DNA of 64,000 nt from a bacterium (GCA_965199855.1 OZ241326.1:2784001-2848000), one strand, 5' to 3'. Counted from the stretch's first letter, positions 20,938-30,596 are shown. Notes: generated by a model not told the origin, from the sequence alone. Program-made: numbers and translations.

Positions 20938-21420
20938 ATGCCTCCGAAGCGAAAGCCCGAAATCCCCGCGCGGGCGCTCAAGCGCGGCGCGCGGCTGTGG
21001 ACCAGGGAATTCACGGAGCGCATCGGCCGCGACATGGCCGAATGGGCGGACGAGGAGTTCATGGAGCTGTTCATGAACTTCTGCTACGGGGGGCTTTACG
21101 ACAGGAGCGTCCTGCCCCAGAAGACCCGGGAGCTCTGCGCCGTGGCCGCGTGCGTCATGGCCAACGCCCACCCGCAGCTGCGCACCCACGTGCAGGCCGC
21201 GTGGAACTGCGGGGCGACGAAGCGCGAGATCATGGAGGTCATCATCCAGATGGCCGTCTACTGCGGAATGCCCTACATGCTGCAGGCGGCGCGGGTCGCC
21301 GCGAACGACGTATTCCCCGCGCTCAGGCGCGGCGAGAAGGCCGCCGCCCCGCCGCCGGGGCTGAAAATCGAGGAGGCGCCGCCCGGGGCGCCCGGGCGCC
21401 GGACGGCGCGGAAGTCCTGA
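20938..21420 (+). CDS. Carboxymuconolactone decarboxylase (CMD/AhpD-like) family protein
   Basis: LPQKTRELCAVA, QLRTHVQAAWNCGAT, YCGMP; AAGGAG ribosome-binding site. Confidence 0.85.
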   Translation: MPPKRKPEIPARALKRGARLWTREFTERIGRDMAEWADEEFMELFMNFCYGGLYDRSVLPQKTRELCAVAACVMANAHPQLRTHVQAAWNCGATKREIMEVIIQMAVYCGMPYMLQAARVAANDVFPALRRGEKAAAPPPGLKIEEAPPGAPGRRTARKS

Positions 21421-21440
21421 GCCGAGAGGAGCGCCCGGAA

Positions 21441-22217
21441 ATGGCGCGCAGAATCGTCGACTTGAGCGTTCCGCTTCAGAACGCGCCGATGGAGAACAAC
21501 CCGGCCGTCATCCAATACGTGAGCCACTTCGAGCTCGCGCGCATGCGGGCGAAATCCTACAAATTCCCGGACACCAGCTATTTTCCGGACCACATGCACT
21601 GCGCGACCGAGAACATCACCGCCATCAGCACGCACAGCGGCACCCACCTCGACTCGCCCTATCACTACGGCCCCGAGTGCGGGGGGACGCCCTCGAAGAC
21701 GATCGACCTCGTTCCCCTCGAGTGGTGCGTGAGCGACGGGGTCGTCCTCGACTTTCACGAAGCCGAGCGCGGACACAACATCACGGCGGAGGAGACCCGG
21801 GCGAAGGTGGCCGCGCTTGCGGAGAAGGGCTACTCGCTCAAGCCGATGGACATCGTTCTCATTCGCACCGACCACACCACGAAATACCTGTATTCCCCCG
21901 ATTTCGAGCAGACCCACCCCGGAATGAGCGCGGAGGCGACGGAATGGCTCGTGGATCAGGGGATCAAGGTGATGGGGATAGACGCCTGGGGCTTCGACAT
22001 TCCCGTCCCGAAGATGGCGCAGCTCAGGCGCGGGGGAAACGCGAAGGACTTTTTCGGCAGCCACTACCTGGGGCGGAAAAAGGAATACGTCCACGCGGAG
22101 AAGCTCGCGAACCTCGACAAAATTCCCGAGTTCGGATTCACCGTCTCCATGCTGCCCGTCAAGATAGAGCGCGCGAGCGGCGCGTGGTGCCGGGCCGTGG
22201 CGATTCTCGACGAGTAG
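21441..22217 (+). CDS. Metal-dependent cyclase/kynurenine formamidase family hydrolase
   Basis: IVDLSVP, HSGTHLDSPYH, GIDAWGFD, EKLANL, GAWCRAVA. Confidence 0.88.
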   Translation: MARRIVDLSVPLQNAPMENNPAVIQYVSHFELARMRAKSYKFPDTSYFPDHMHCATENITAISTHSGTHLDSPYHYGPECGGTPSKTIDLVPLEWCVSDGVVLDFHEAERGHNITAEETRAKVAALAEKGYSLKPMDIVLIRTDHTTKYLYSPDFEQTHPGMSAEATEWLVDQGIKVMGIDAWGFDIPVPKMAQLRRGGNAKDFFGSHYLGRKKEYVHAEKLANLDKIPEFGFTVSMLPVKIERASGAWCRAVAILDE

Positions 22218-22551
22218 GCGCGAGCCTCCGGGAGGCATCGGGCCGGGCGCCCGGCTTTTCGGCGAAACGTGCCGCCATGCGCCTCCCATACGCTTGGCGC
22301 GGAGACCTCAAGGAGCGGCGCGATGGCGTTGCATGAGAGCGCAGCGAACCGGCGAGCCGCGGCCGGCGGACGCATCCGCCGCGCGGAGGCCGTCAGGCCC
22401 GCCATACCGGCGATTCTCCCGGGCGCGTTCGTTCTCTACGGCGCGGGATTCGCCCGGCCGCGGCTTCCGCATGACGCCGCCCGCGACGTCCGGCGCGCGT
22501 TCGCCCTCCCCCGCCGCTAGCGGCGCGGCGCCTTTCGCTTCGGGAAGCCAG

Positions 22552-22902
22552 ATGTCCGGCGCGGAGGCGGAGCATCGACCCTGGGGACGCTTCACCGTTC
22601 TGGCCGATGAGGCGGACCACAAGGTCAAGCGCATCGTCGTTCGGCCGGGCGGGCGGCTCAGCCTCCAGCGGCACGCGCGCCGGGCGGAGCACTGGCTCGC
22701 CATATCCGGACGCGCCGTCGTAACCCTGGAGGCGGAGGAGGTCGCCTTCTCCGCCGGCCAGAGCCTGGACGTCCCCCGGGGCGCGTGGCACCGGATTCGC
22801 AACGACGGAGAAGCCCCCTTCGTCTTCATCGAGGCGCAGACCGGCGACTACTTCGGCGAGGACGACATCGAGCGGCGCGAGGACGACTACGGAAGGGTCT
22901 GA
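22552..22902 (+). CDS. Stand-alone type II phosphomannose isomerase C-terminal cupin
   Basis: RPWG, LSLQRH..RAEHW, WHRIRN, IEAQTGDYFGEDDIER. Confidence 0.85.
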   Translation: MSGAEAEHRPWGRFTVLADEADHKVKRIVVRPGGRLSLQRHARRAEHWLAISGRAVVTLEAEEVAFSAGQSLDVPRGAWHRIRNDGEAPFVFIEAQTGDYFGEDDIERREDDYGRV

Positions 22903-22998
22903 TTCGGGCGCCCGCAGACGCGGGAGGGCCGCGCGCCGGGCGAGACGCGAAGGCGCCCGGGGCCGCGCGCAAGAGGGCGCCCCCCCGAGGCGCGGCCC

Positions 22999-24192
22999 CT
23001 AGCGAAGCCGCTCCAGCGCGGCGGCCAGCCGCTCCACCCCGCGCTCGCACTCTTCCGTCGAGCACGAATAGGCGATTCGCAGATGCCCCTCGCCGCCGAA
23101 GACGGCGCCGTTCACCGTGGCGATGGCGTGCTCGTTCAGCAGATAGTCCGCCACCTCGCCCGAGGTTTCGCCGAAGGCGCTCACGTTCGGGAACGCATAG
23201 AACGCGCCCGTCGGCTCCGCCAGGGTGACGCCCTCGATGGCGCGCAGCCCCTCGGAGACGACGCGCCGCCGCCTGTCGAATTCGCGCGTCATCGCCTCCA
23301 TGGGCGCCTGATCCTCCAGCGCGCCGCGCGCCGCGCCGTGCTGGATGAAGGTGTTGACGCACACGGTCGTGTATTGGCGAATCTTGAGGAGGTGGCGGGT
23401 GACTTCGGGACTCGCCACCGTCCAGCCCAGGCGCCAGCCGTCCATGCTGTAGAATTTCGAGAACCCGTTGATGATCACCGCGCGCTCGGCCATGCCGGGC
23501 TGCGAGAAGACGCTCGGGGCGCACGGCGCGCCGCCGTAGTAGATGCGCGCGTATATCTCGTCGCTCAGCACCATGAAGCCGCGCTCCGCCGCCAGCGCCG
23601 CGATTCCGGCGAGCTCGCTCTCCGGAATCGAGCAGCCCGTCGGGTTGCCGGGCGAGGTGAGGCAGACGAGCTTCGTCCTGGGCGTGAGCACCCGCTCGAT
23701 GTCCCCGGCGCGCAGCGCGAAGTCGTTCTCCTCCTTCGTCTCCACCTCGACGGCCGCGCCGCCCGCCAGCGCGACGCAGGACTTGTAGTGATGCCAGTTC
23801 GGCCGGGCGACGATCACCTCGTCGCCGGGGTTGACCAGCGCGAGCATGGAGACCAGGATGCCCTCGTTCGCTCCCGCCATGACGATCACCTGCGTATCCG
23901 GGTTCACCTCCACGCCGGTGTCGATTTCCGTCCTGTGGGCGATGCCCCTTCGCAGCGCGGGAACCCCCGCGCTGGGCGCGTAGTGAACGTCGCCCCGGGC
24001 GAGGGACTCGGCGGCGCCCCGCTTGATGTGTTCGGGCGTGTCGAAGTCGGTGCGGCCGATTTGCCAGTGGATGACGGCGCGCCCCTGGGCCTCCAGCCTC
24101 GCCACGGCGTCGAACACCCTGCGAATGCCCGAGAAGGGAATCCGCTTCAGGCGATCCGCGCCCGCGGCGTCCGCGTCAAAAGCGGCGCTCAT
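22999..24192 (-). CDS. PLP-dependent aminotransferase class I/II
   Basis: SPGNPTG, LSDEIY, NGFSKFYSMDGWRLG, GAFY, HLRIAY. Confidence 0.92.
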   Translation of the reverse strand: MSAAFDADAAGADRLKRIPFSGIRRVFDAVARLEAQGRAVIHWQIGRTDFDTPEHIKRGAAESLARGDVHYAPSAGVPALRRGIAHRTEIDTGVEVNPDTQVIVMAGANEGILVSMLALVNPGDEVIVARPNWHHYKSCVALAGGAAVEVETKEENDFALRAGDIERVLTPRTKLVCLTSPGNPTGCSIPESELAGIAALAAERGFMVLSDEIYARIYYGGAPCAPSVFSQPGMAERAVIINGFSKFYSMDGWRLGWTVASPEVTRHLLKIRQYTTVCVNTFIQHGAARGALEDQAPMEAMTREFDRRRRVVSEGLRAIEGVTLAEPTGAFYAFPNVSAFGETSGEVADYLLNEHAIATVNGAVFGGEGHLRIAYSCSTEECERGVERLAAALERLR

Positions 24193-24328
24193 CCGAAAAG
24201 CCTCCTTCCGAAGAAGCGAACGCCGTCGGGAAAACGCGAGGGAAGCCGCCCTTATGGCCCCCGGGAAATCGAGGCGCAAGAGCGTCCTCCGACGGGACGG
24301 CGCGGCGCCCTTGAAATTCCCGGGCGCC

Positions 24329-24688
24329 TCAGCCGCCCGCGCCGAGACTGCGGCGGAGCGCCTCGACGCGCCGGCGGTTCACGCCGAAGTCGTAGTAGCC
24401 GACCCGGGACGCCGAGCGGACGTGGATGACGCCCTCGTCCTCGAAAAGCCAGCATTCGAGGTCGTCGATGAATCCGAGCCGGCTGCGGCAATGCGCGCGG
24501 AGGTAGTCCTCCCTCGCTTCGGCGAGGGTCGTCCGCGGCGCGGCGGCCAGCGAATCCTTCAGCCGGCCGAAGGCGGCGCGGGGGTCGCCGGAGACGGCGA
24601 GCGGCTCGACGCGGCGCCGCGCCGGCGCGTCGCTGCGGCTGCATACGCAGTTGGGCTTCCGCGGGCAGGGGGTGATTTGATCGGGCAT
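24329..24688 (-). CDS. DUF1499 domain protein
   Basis: PCPRKPNCV, GFIDDLE, VRSASRVGYYDFGVNRRRV. Confidence 0.85.
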   Translation of the reverse strand: MPDQITPCPRKPNCVCSRSDAPARRRVEPLAVSGDPRAAFGRLKDSLAAAPRTTLAEAREDYLRAHCRSRLGFIDDLECWLFEDEGVIHVRSASRVGYYDFGVNRRRVEALRRSLGAGG

Positions 24689-24851
24689 GGCGCGCATCCT
24701 CCGGCGAGGCGCTTCATTTTCGCGCCGGGCGCGCCGCGCGTCGCGCCGGCCCGGCCGCTACCGTCAGTCTCAATATAGCATCCGCGCGCGCTTCCGGGAA
24801 AGCGGCGGCGGACGCGGGCGGAGAGACCGACGGGACGGAACGGAAGACCTC

Positions 24852-24880
24852 TTGTCAGAACGCCCGACGTGCTTTATACT
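24852..24880 (+). promoter_or_regulatory. Sigma70 promoter for the DUF2236-acyltransferase pair
   Basis: TTGTCA-17 nt-TATACT, followed by a purine-rich RBS and GTG at 24908. Confidence 0.65.
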
Positions 24881-24907
24881 GGGGGCGCGAAGAGAAAGGG
24901 GGAAGTC

Positions 24908-26137
24908 GTGATTGCGGGCGATGCGCAGACGCGAAGGCGGCCGGAGCCCGGGGCTTCGATGCCCTCCGCCTATCGGGACGGGCACGAGCGGACGCGGAGC
25001 TCCAACGCGGACCTCGCGGACGCCTACGTCCGGCACGCCTCCATCGGCGACCCGCTCGCCGACGCCGCCGTCGAGTCGCTCGCCCCGTTCAAGCCGCTGC
25101 AGGTGCACCGCTTCATCGAGGCGGGCATGGAGGAGGACGCGAAAACCCTGGCGAACGCGCCCCGGCCGCTGCGGGAATTCTTCGAGCGGCTCTCCCCGCC
25201 CCCCGCGTGGTTCGACCCGGCGGCGATCCACGCGGGCTACCGCGCCTATCACGCCAACTCGGACGTTTTTCTGGCCGCGCACGTCGCGGGCGTCCTCGTT
25301 CTGGGGTTCTCCACCCTCATCAGCAAGTCGTTCTTCGCCACCGGACGGCTGACCGACTTCGGCATCAAGCGGCTTCGGCGGAACATCCGCCACCTGATCG
25401 AAATCACCCTGCCGGGAGGGCTGGACCGGCAGGGGGAGGGCTGGAAGCTCTCCGTCCGCATCCGGCTGGTTCACGCGCAGGCCAGACGGCTCATCGCCGC
25501 CTCCCCGAACTGGGACGCCGCCTCCTTCGGCCAGCCCCTCAGCGCGGCGACCATCGCGTTCGCCTCCGCCAATTTCTCCGCGATGTTGCTGCGGATGACG
25601 ATGAAGGCGGGGGTGCGCCTGAGCCGCGAGGATCGCGACAGCTTCATGCGCCTCTGGCGCTACTCCGCCTGGCTGATGGGAGCGCCGGAGGCGCTCCTGT
25701 TCAAGGGGGAGGAAGACGCCCTCGAACTGTGCAGGGTCGCCCTCGCCTGCGAGCCGCCGCCGGACGATGAGGCCATCATCATGGCGCACTGCCTGATCAA
25801 CTCGGCGCCGCTGGTGGCCGGAATCACCGATCCCGTCGAGAGAAAGGCCCTGGCGCGCTACGTGTACCGCGTCTCGCGCGCGCTCATCGGCCGCGAGAAC
25901 GCCGACCGCCTCCGCTTCCCCCCGCAGTGGACGCTCGGACTGCTGACGCACCTGCGGTGGCAGCGGCGGTGCGGCAACGCCCTCGCCCGCCTGATTCCCG
26001 GACGGCGGCACGGACGCATCGCCAACAAGTTCATCTCCCTCATGGAAGCGGCCATCACCGAGGAGGCGCCCGAGGAAGTCGGCATCACCTATCAGCTTCC
26101 CGACGACGTCGACGCCGGCAAGTCCACGCCCTGGTAG
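24908..26137 (+). CDS. DUF2236 / MpaB-Lcp (rubber oxygenase-like) heme protein
   Basis: GDPLADA, VRIRLVHAQAR (heme His motif), LWRYSAWLMG. Confidence 0.75.
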   Translation: MIAGDAQTRRRPEPGASMPSAYRDGHERTRSSNADLADAYVRHASIGDPLADAAVESLAPFKPLQVHRFIEAGMEEDAKTLANAPRPLREFFERLSPPPAWFDPAAIHAGYRAYHANSDVFLAAHVAGVLVLGFSTLISKSFFATGRLTDFGIKRLRRNIRHLIEITLPGGLDRQGEGWKLSVRIRLVHAQARRLIAASPNWDAASFGQPLSAATIAFASANFSAMLLRMTMKAGVRLSREDRDSFMRLWRYSAWLMGAPEALLFKGEEDALELCRVALACEPPPDDEAIIMAHCLINSAPLVAGITDPVERKALARYVYRVSRALIGRENADRLRFPPQWTLGLLTHLRWQRRCGNALARLIPGRRHGRIANKFISLMEAAITEEAPEEVGITYQLPDDVDAGKSTPW

Positions 26138-26146
26138 CCGCCGGCC

Positions 26147-27343
26147 ATGACAGCCCCCGGAAAGCCCGCCGCCGAGCGATACCACGATCTCGACGCGCTG
26201 CGCGGCTTCATGATGGCGCTGGGCATCGTGACGCACGCCTCCGCCTTTCTCATCCCCACCCCCGGCGACCTCTGGCCGGTGCAGAGCGCGTGGGCGCGCG
26301 AGACGCCGCTCGCCGGCAATCCATACGGCTACGTCTTCGTCTTCATCTACGGGTTCCGGCTCCAGTTGTTCTTCATCCTGAGCGGCTTCTTCAGCGCCAT
26401 GCTCTGGCGGAGGCGGGGACTGCTCCCGCTCGGAACGCACCGCCTCAAGCGCATCGCCCTGCCTCTGGCCGCGTGCATGTTCACCATCATCCCCTTTCTC
26501 GGCTGGATCGACGCCACCAGGAGCTCCCATTTCACCTGGGGCGAGCCCTGGGGCGCGCAGACTCTCGCCTGGCTCGACACCGCCCGGGGCTTCTTTCCGG
26601 CCCGGTGGCATCTGGTCTGGCTGGACAACCTCTACCACCTATGGTTTCTGCGGGATCTGCTGCTGATGGTCGCGCTGTTCATCATTCTCGCCCGGCTGGG
26701 GCTCGAGTTTCGCCGTCCGCTCTGGTGGCTGCTCATTCCGCTCACCGCCGCGCCGCAGTATTTCATGCGGGGCTCGTTCGGCCCGGCGCGCGAGCTCACC
26801 ACCATGCCCGAGCTCCTGCCCTTCGCCTATTTCAGCGCCTTCTTCCTGTTCGGGGCCTTCTTCTACCAGCGCGGCGTCGCCGTGCGGCGCTGGTGGGCGG
26901 TCGGCCTGGCGCCCGCGCCGGTTCTCTTCCTCGCGGGCCTCGCCTTCGCGTTCCCCAAAACGTCCGGACTCCCCGGATCGGCGGCGTGGGTGATCAGCGC
27001 GGCGACGCTCCTCCAGATATCCTTCGCCTGGCTGATGTGCTTCGCCATGATGGGCCTGTTCCGCATGATCGCGGCGCGGGAGCGCTTCTGGGTGCGCTAC
27101 CTGTCGGATGCGTGCTACTGGCTCTACGTGGCGCACCTGCCGCTCGTGCTCGTCGGGCAGAAGCTGCTCGTGAGCTCGCCGATGAGCGTCCACGCGCAGT
27201 TCACCCTGATTCTCGCGGTCACCTGCGCCGTCCTGGTGGCGAGCTATCAGCTCTGCGTGCGCTACACCTGGGTGGGAACCATGCTGAACGGCAGGCGCGT
27301 CCGCCGCGGCGCGAGCCCGGCGACCGCCGGCGCCGCCGGCTGA
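26147..27343 (+). CDS. Acyltransferase-3 family membrane protein (OpgC/MdoC-like)
   Basis: LDALRG, FRLQLFFILSGFF, YHLWFL, YWLYVAHLP; multiple hydrophobic segments. Confidence 0.85.
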   Translation: MTAPGKPAAERYHDLDALRGFMMALGIVTHASAFLIPTPGDLWPVQSAWARETPLAGNPYGYVFVFIYGFRLQLFFILSGFFSAMLWRRRGLLPLGTHRLKRIALPLAACMFTIIPFLGWIDATRSSHFTWGEPWGAQTLAWLDTARGFFPARWHLVWLDNLYHLWFLRDLLLMVALFIILARLGLEFRRPLWWLLIPLTAAPQYFMRGSFGPARELTTMPELLPFAYFSAFFLFGAFFYQRGVAVRRWWAVGLAPAPVLFLAGLAFAFPKTSGLPGSAAWVISAATLLQISFAWLMCFAMMGLFRMIAARERFWVRYLSDACYWLYVAHLPLVLVGQKLLVSSPMSVHAQFTLILAVTCAVLVASYQLCVRYTWVGTMLNGRRVRRGASPATAGAAG

Positions 27344-27358
27344 GCCCGGCGAAGAGCG

Positions 27359-27381
27359 AAAAAAAACCGCCGCGCGGGCGG
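27359..27381 (-). terminator. Probable intrinsic terminator of the Rdx-MOSC-PhzF operon
   Basis: CCGCC/GGCGG stem followed by T8 on the minus strand, just past the PhzF stop. Confidence 0.45.
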
Positions 27382-27419
27382 CGTTCGCTCCATCGCGGGC
27401 GAGGCGCCGGGGGCGCGGA

Positions 27420-28208
27420 CTAGAGCAGGTCTCCCCGCATGACGGTCACCGCCCTGCCCCCCAGGACGACGCGATCTCCCAGAATGCCCACGCGCACCGC
27501 GCCGCCTCTCGCCGACGCCTGCCAGGCGGCGAGCTCCTTCCTGCGGAGGCGCGCCGCCCAGAACGGCCCCAGACAGCAGTGGGCGGAGCCCGTCACCGGG
27601 TCCTCATCGACGCCGAGAGCGGGAGCGAAGAAGCGCGAGACGAAATCATAGGCCGGATCGTCCGCGCGCGCCGTGACCATGCAGCCGCGCATGGGAATCC
27701 TCCCCAGAAGGCCGAAATCGGGCGCGAGCACCCGAACGGCGGTCTCGGAGTCGGCCTCCAGGAGGTAGTCGAACTCGTTTTTCCCCACGTAGCGGGGCGC
27801 GAACCCCAGAGCCTCGGCCAGGCCGTCCGGCGGGTCGGCGGGCGCCTCCCGGACGGCGGGAAAGTTCATCTCTATCCACTCCTCCCTGCGCTCGCAGGTC
27901 AGAACGCCGCTTCTCGTGTGGAAGATGGCCGTCTCCCCGGGGTCGAGGCGCCCCTCCTCCCAGAGAACGTGGGCGCCGGCGAGCGTCGCGTGGCCGCAAA
28001 GGTCCACCTCGCTCACGGGGGTGAACCAGCGCAGGCCCCAGCCGTCCCCGCGCCTCGTCAGAAACGCCGTCTCGGAGAGGTTCATCTCCGCCGCCACGCG
28101 CCGCATCCACCCCGCGTCCGCCTCCGCCGGCAGGACGCAGACGGCGGCCGGGTTGCCCGAAAAAGGGGCGTCGGCGAACGCATCCACCTGAAAGAGGGGA
28201 AACGACAT
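27420..28208 (-). CDS. PhzF/YddE family isomerase
   Basis: QVDAF..GNPAAV, NLSETAF, EVDLCGHATL, EDPVTGSAH. Confidence 0.92.
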   Translation of the reverse strand: MSFPLFQVDAFADAPFSGNPAAVCVLPAEADAGWMRRVAAEMNLSETAFLTRRGDGWGLRWFTPVSEVDLCGHATLAGAHVLWEEGRLDPGETAIFHTRSGVLTCERREEWIEMNFPAVREAPADPPDGLAEALGFAPRYVGKNEFDYLLEADSETAVRVLAPDFGLLGRIPMRGCMVTARADDPAYDFVSRFFAPALGVDEDPVTGSAHCCLGPFWAARLRRKELAAWQASARGGAVRVGILGDRVVLGGRAVTVMRGDLL

Positions 28209-28234
28209 GGGCGCTCTCGCGGAAAGAAGGCGGG

Positions 28235-28702
28235 TCAGACGCGCCTGACGACGTCGCCCGCCTGAATGGCGCCTTCGCCCAGAACCTGGGCGTTCAGCCC
28301 CGAGCGGTTCAAAAGGCCCTCGTATAATCCCTCGATGCCCAGCAGGTTCTCGAAATACCTGCACGGCTCGTTCAGGCGGACGCCGCGCAGCCTCGCCCCG
28401 CCCACCTGAAAATCCGCGCCCACGAGATGATTGAGCGGAACGCCGCGCGTCACGATGTTTCTCCTGCTCTGGCCCGCGTCGAGGCGGATGCCGAGATCGC
28501 GCGCGAGCGCCTCGATGGCCTCCATCTCGATGAGCGTCACCTGGCGATCCGGCCCCCGCTTTCTGGAGTAGGTGCCCGCGCCCTCGGCGTAGCGATCCCC
28601 CGCCAGCCCCCTGCCCGCGAGCGCCTGCGCGCGGGCGACCTCCATCATCGGCTCGCCGGCCACCGCGCCGACGTGCACCGAAACCACCTCGCCCTCGAAC
28701 AT
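28235..28702 (-). CDS. MOSC domain protein (YiiM-like)
   Basis: GLAGDRY, RQVTLI, RRNIV, EPC (conserved Cys), GAIQAGD. Confidence 0.88.
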   Translation of the reverse strand: MFEGEVVSVHVGAVAGEPMMEVARAQALAGRGLAGDRYAEGAGTYSRKRGPDRQVTLIEMEAIEALARDLGIRLDAGQSRRNIVTRGVPLNHLVGADFQVGGARLRGVRLNEPCRYFENLLGIEGLYEGLLNRSGLNAQVLGEGAIQAGDVVRRV

Positions 28703-28944
28703 CACAGCGCCGCCCGCTCCCGAAGGAGCGCGAGCGCCTCCGCCTCCGTGGGAAAGGCGCCCGAGTCCAGCTTCGACCACAGGAGCTCGCCGTCCAGCGT
28801 CAGCTCGAAGGCGCCGACGCGGAACCGGCCGCCCTCGTTTCCGGCGATTTCCAGGTCGGGAAAACGCTTCTTCAATTCCTGAGCCAACTGCTCATAGCGC
28901 GGCCCGTAGTTTCATTTCTCGCAGTATTCGACGTGAAGCCTCAT
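28702..28944 (-). CDS. Rdx/SelW-SelT-SelH family selenoprotein (Sec at TGA 28914-28912)
   Basis: MRLHVEYCEK-TGA-NYGPRYEQLAQELKKRFP...GAFELTLDGELLWSKLDSGAFP: CxxU motif and Rdx C-terminal motif; GGAGAG RBS; hairpin downstream of the UGA. Confidence 0.9.
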
Positions 28945-29125
28945 CCATTCTCTCCCGCGGAAGGCGAGGGCGGCGGTCCCCCATCATAGAAGAACTTCTC
29001 CCGCGGGAGAAGGGGCGCGGGCGAACCGGATTCCGAAGCGCGGATTCGCCCGCGCGCGGCTTGACGAACGCGCCCGCGCGGTAGAAGAATCTCCCCGGCT
29101 TCCCCGAAGGCGACAAGGAGAGGAA

Positions 29126-30529
29126 ATGGCCGGAATCACCCGCGTGGGCGCATACATTCCCCCCCATCGGCTCGAAGGCGAAACCGTCCGCGCCGTATGG
29201 GGGACGGGCAGCCCGAAGGCGTCGCGCCCGCTGGCCGGCTTCGACGAGGACGCCATCACCATGGGCGCGGAGGCGCTCATCAACGCCGCGGGCTGGGGCG
29301 GGGCGCAGGTCGATTCGCTCTACTTCGCCTCCACGTCGCACCCCTACGCCGAGAAGTCGAACGCCGCCGTCCTCGCCGCGGCGGCCGATTTGCCGGAGAC
29401 GCTCTTCACCCTGGACGCGGGCGGCTCCCTGCGCGCGGGGACGTCCGCGCTCAGGGCCGCGTGGGACGCCGTGAGGGCGGGGTCCTCCGGGACAGCGGCC
29501 GTCGTGGCGGCCGAGAAGCGCCCCGCCCCGCCGGGGAGTCCCGACGAGCTCGGGCTCTGCGACGGCGCCGCGGCGCTCCTGCTGGGCGAGGGCGAGGAGG
29601 TCGCGGCCGAGATCGAGGCGGTCTATTCCTGGTCGGAGGACTTCATCGACCGCTGGCGCCTGCCGGGGGAGGACGCCGTCTCGGCGGGCGACGCCAAGTT
29701 CATCCAGGACTACGGCTACGCGCGCCAGAGCGCCGCCACCATCGAGGGGCTGCTCAGGCAGACGGGCGCGACGCGGGAGGACGTCTCCCGCGCGCTGTTC
29801 TACGCCCCCGACGCGCGCGCCCACGCGGCCATCGCCAGAAAGCTGGGCTTTCCCGAAGCCGCCTGCCCCGCGCCGCCCCTCGTCGCGCGCCTGGGCGACG
29901 CCGGAGCGGCCGCCCCCCTGCTCGCTCTCGTGGAGGCGCTCCAGAGCGCGGAGCCGGGCGAGCACATCATCGTCGCGGGGCACGGAAGCGGGGGCGACGC
30001 GATACTGCTGCGCGCGACGGACAAGGTGCGCGAGCTGAGGGCGCAGCGGGGGCTCGCGTGGTCTCTCTCTCGCGCCCGCCCCGTCCCGAACTACGGGCAG
30101 TGGCTCAAGTTCCGGGGGCATTCTCCCGAGGAGGAAATCCGCCCCTTCTCCTCGCCCAGCGTCCTGTGGAAGGAGAGCCGGGCGACCATGCGCCTGATGG
30201 CCGGGGTCTGCCGCTCGTGCGGGGAGCTCCAGTATCCCCGGCAGCAGGTCTGCAATTCCTGCGGGACGCGGGGGGAATGGGAGGAGCGCAAGCTGGGCCG
30301 CCGGGGGAGCGTCTTCACCTTCGTCCACGACTACCTGCCCCCCTCGCCCGAGGGCTTCATCACGATGGCGACGGCGGAGCTCGAGGGCGGCGGGCGGTTC
30401 TACGGCCAGATGACGAACCACAAGAAGGAGGAGGCGCGCATCGGCATGGCGTGCGAGCTCGTCTTCCGGCTTCTCCATCGGGGGGACGGGTATTACAATT
30501 ACTTCTGGAAGCTGCGCCCCGCCGGATAG
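29126..30529 (+). CDS. HMG-CoA synthase/KASIII-like domain fused to a Zn-ribbon/OB-fold (DUF35)
   Basis: DEDAITMG, FASTS, DGAAALL, LGDAGAA, then CRSC..CNSC and a YFWK C-terminus. No Cys at the expected catalytic position. Confidence 0.8.
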   Translation: MAGITRVGAYIPPHRLEGETVRAVWGTGSPKASRPLAGFDEDAITMGAEALINAAGWGGAQVDSLYFASTSHPYAEKSNAAVLAAAADLPETLFTLDAGGSLRAGTSALRAAWDAVRAGSSGTAAVVAAEKRPAPPGSPDELGLCDGAAALLLGEGEEVAAEIEAVYSWSEDFIDRWRLPGEDAVSAGDAKFIQDYGYARQSAATIEGLLRQTGATREDVSRALFYAPDARAHAAIARKLGFPEAACPAPPLVARLGDAGAAAPLLALVEALQSAEPGEHIIVAGHGSGGDAILLRATDKVRELRAQRGLAWSLSRARPVPNYGQWLKFRGHSPEEEIRPFSSPSVLWKESRATMRLMAGVCRSCGELQYPRQQVCNSCGTRGEWEERKLGRRGSVFTFVHDYLPPSPEGFITMATAELEGGGRFYGQMTNHKKEEARIGMACELVFRLLHRGDGYYNYFWKLRPAG

Positions 30530-30596
30530 GGGCGCGCCCCCCGGCCGGGCCCGGCGGATCGAGGAGCATCAGACGCCTTTTTTCGAGGAGTTCGAC

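Noticed and set aside
22218-22551. GC-rich palindromes, including GGCGGACGC.TCCGCCGCG resembling 62821-62845
   Set aside because: Only two loosely similar copies; explained by terminator hairpins and high GC.
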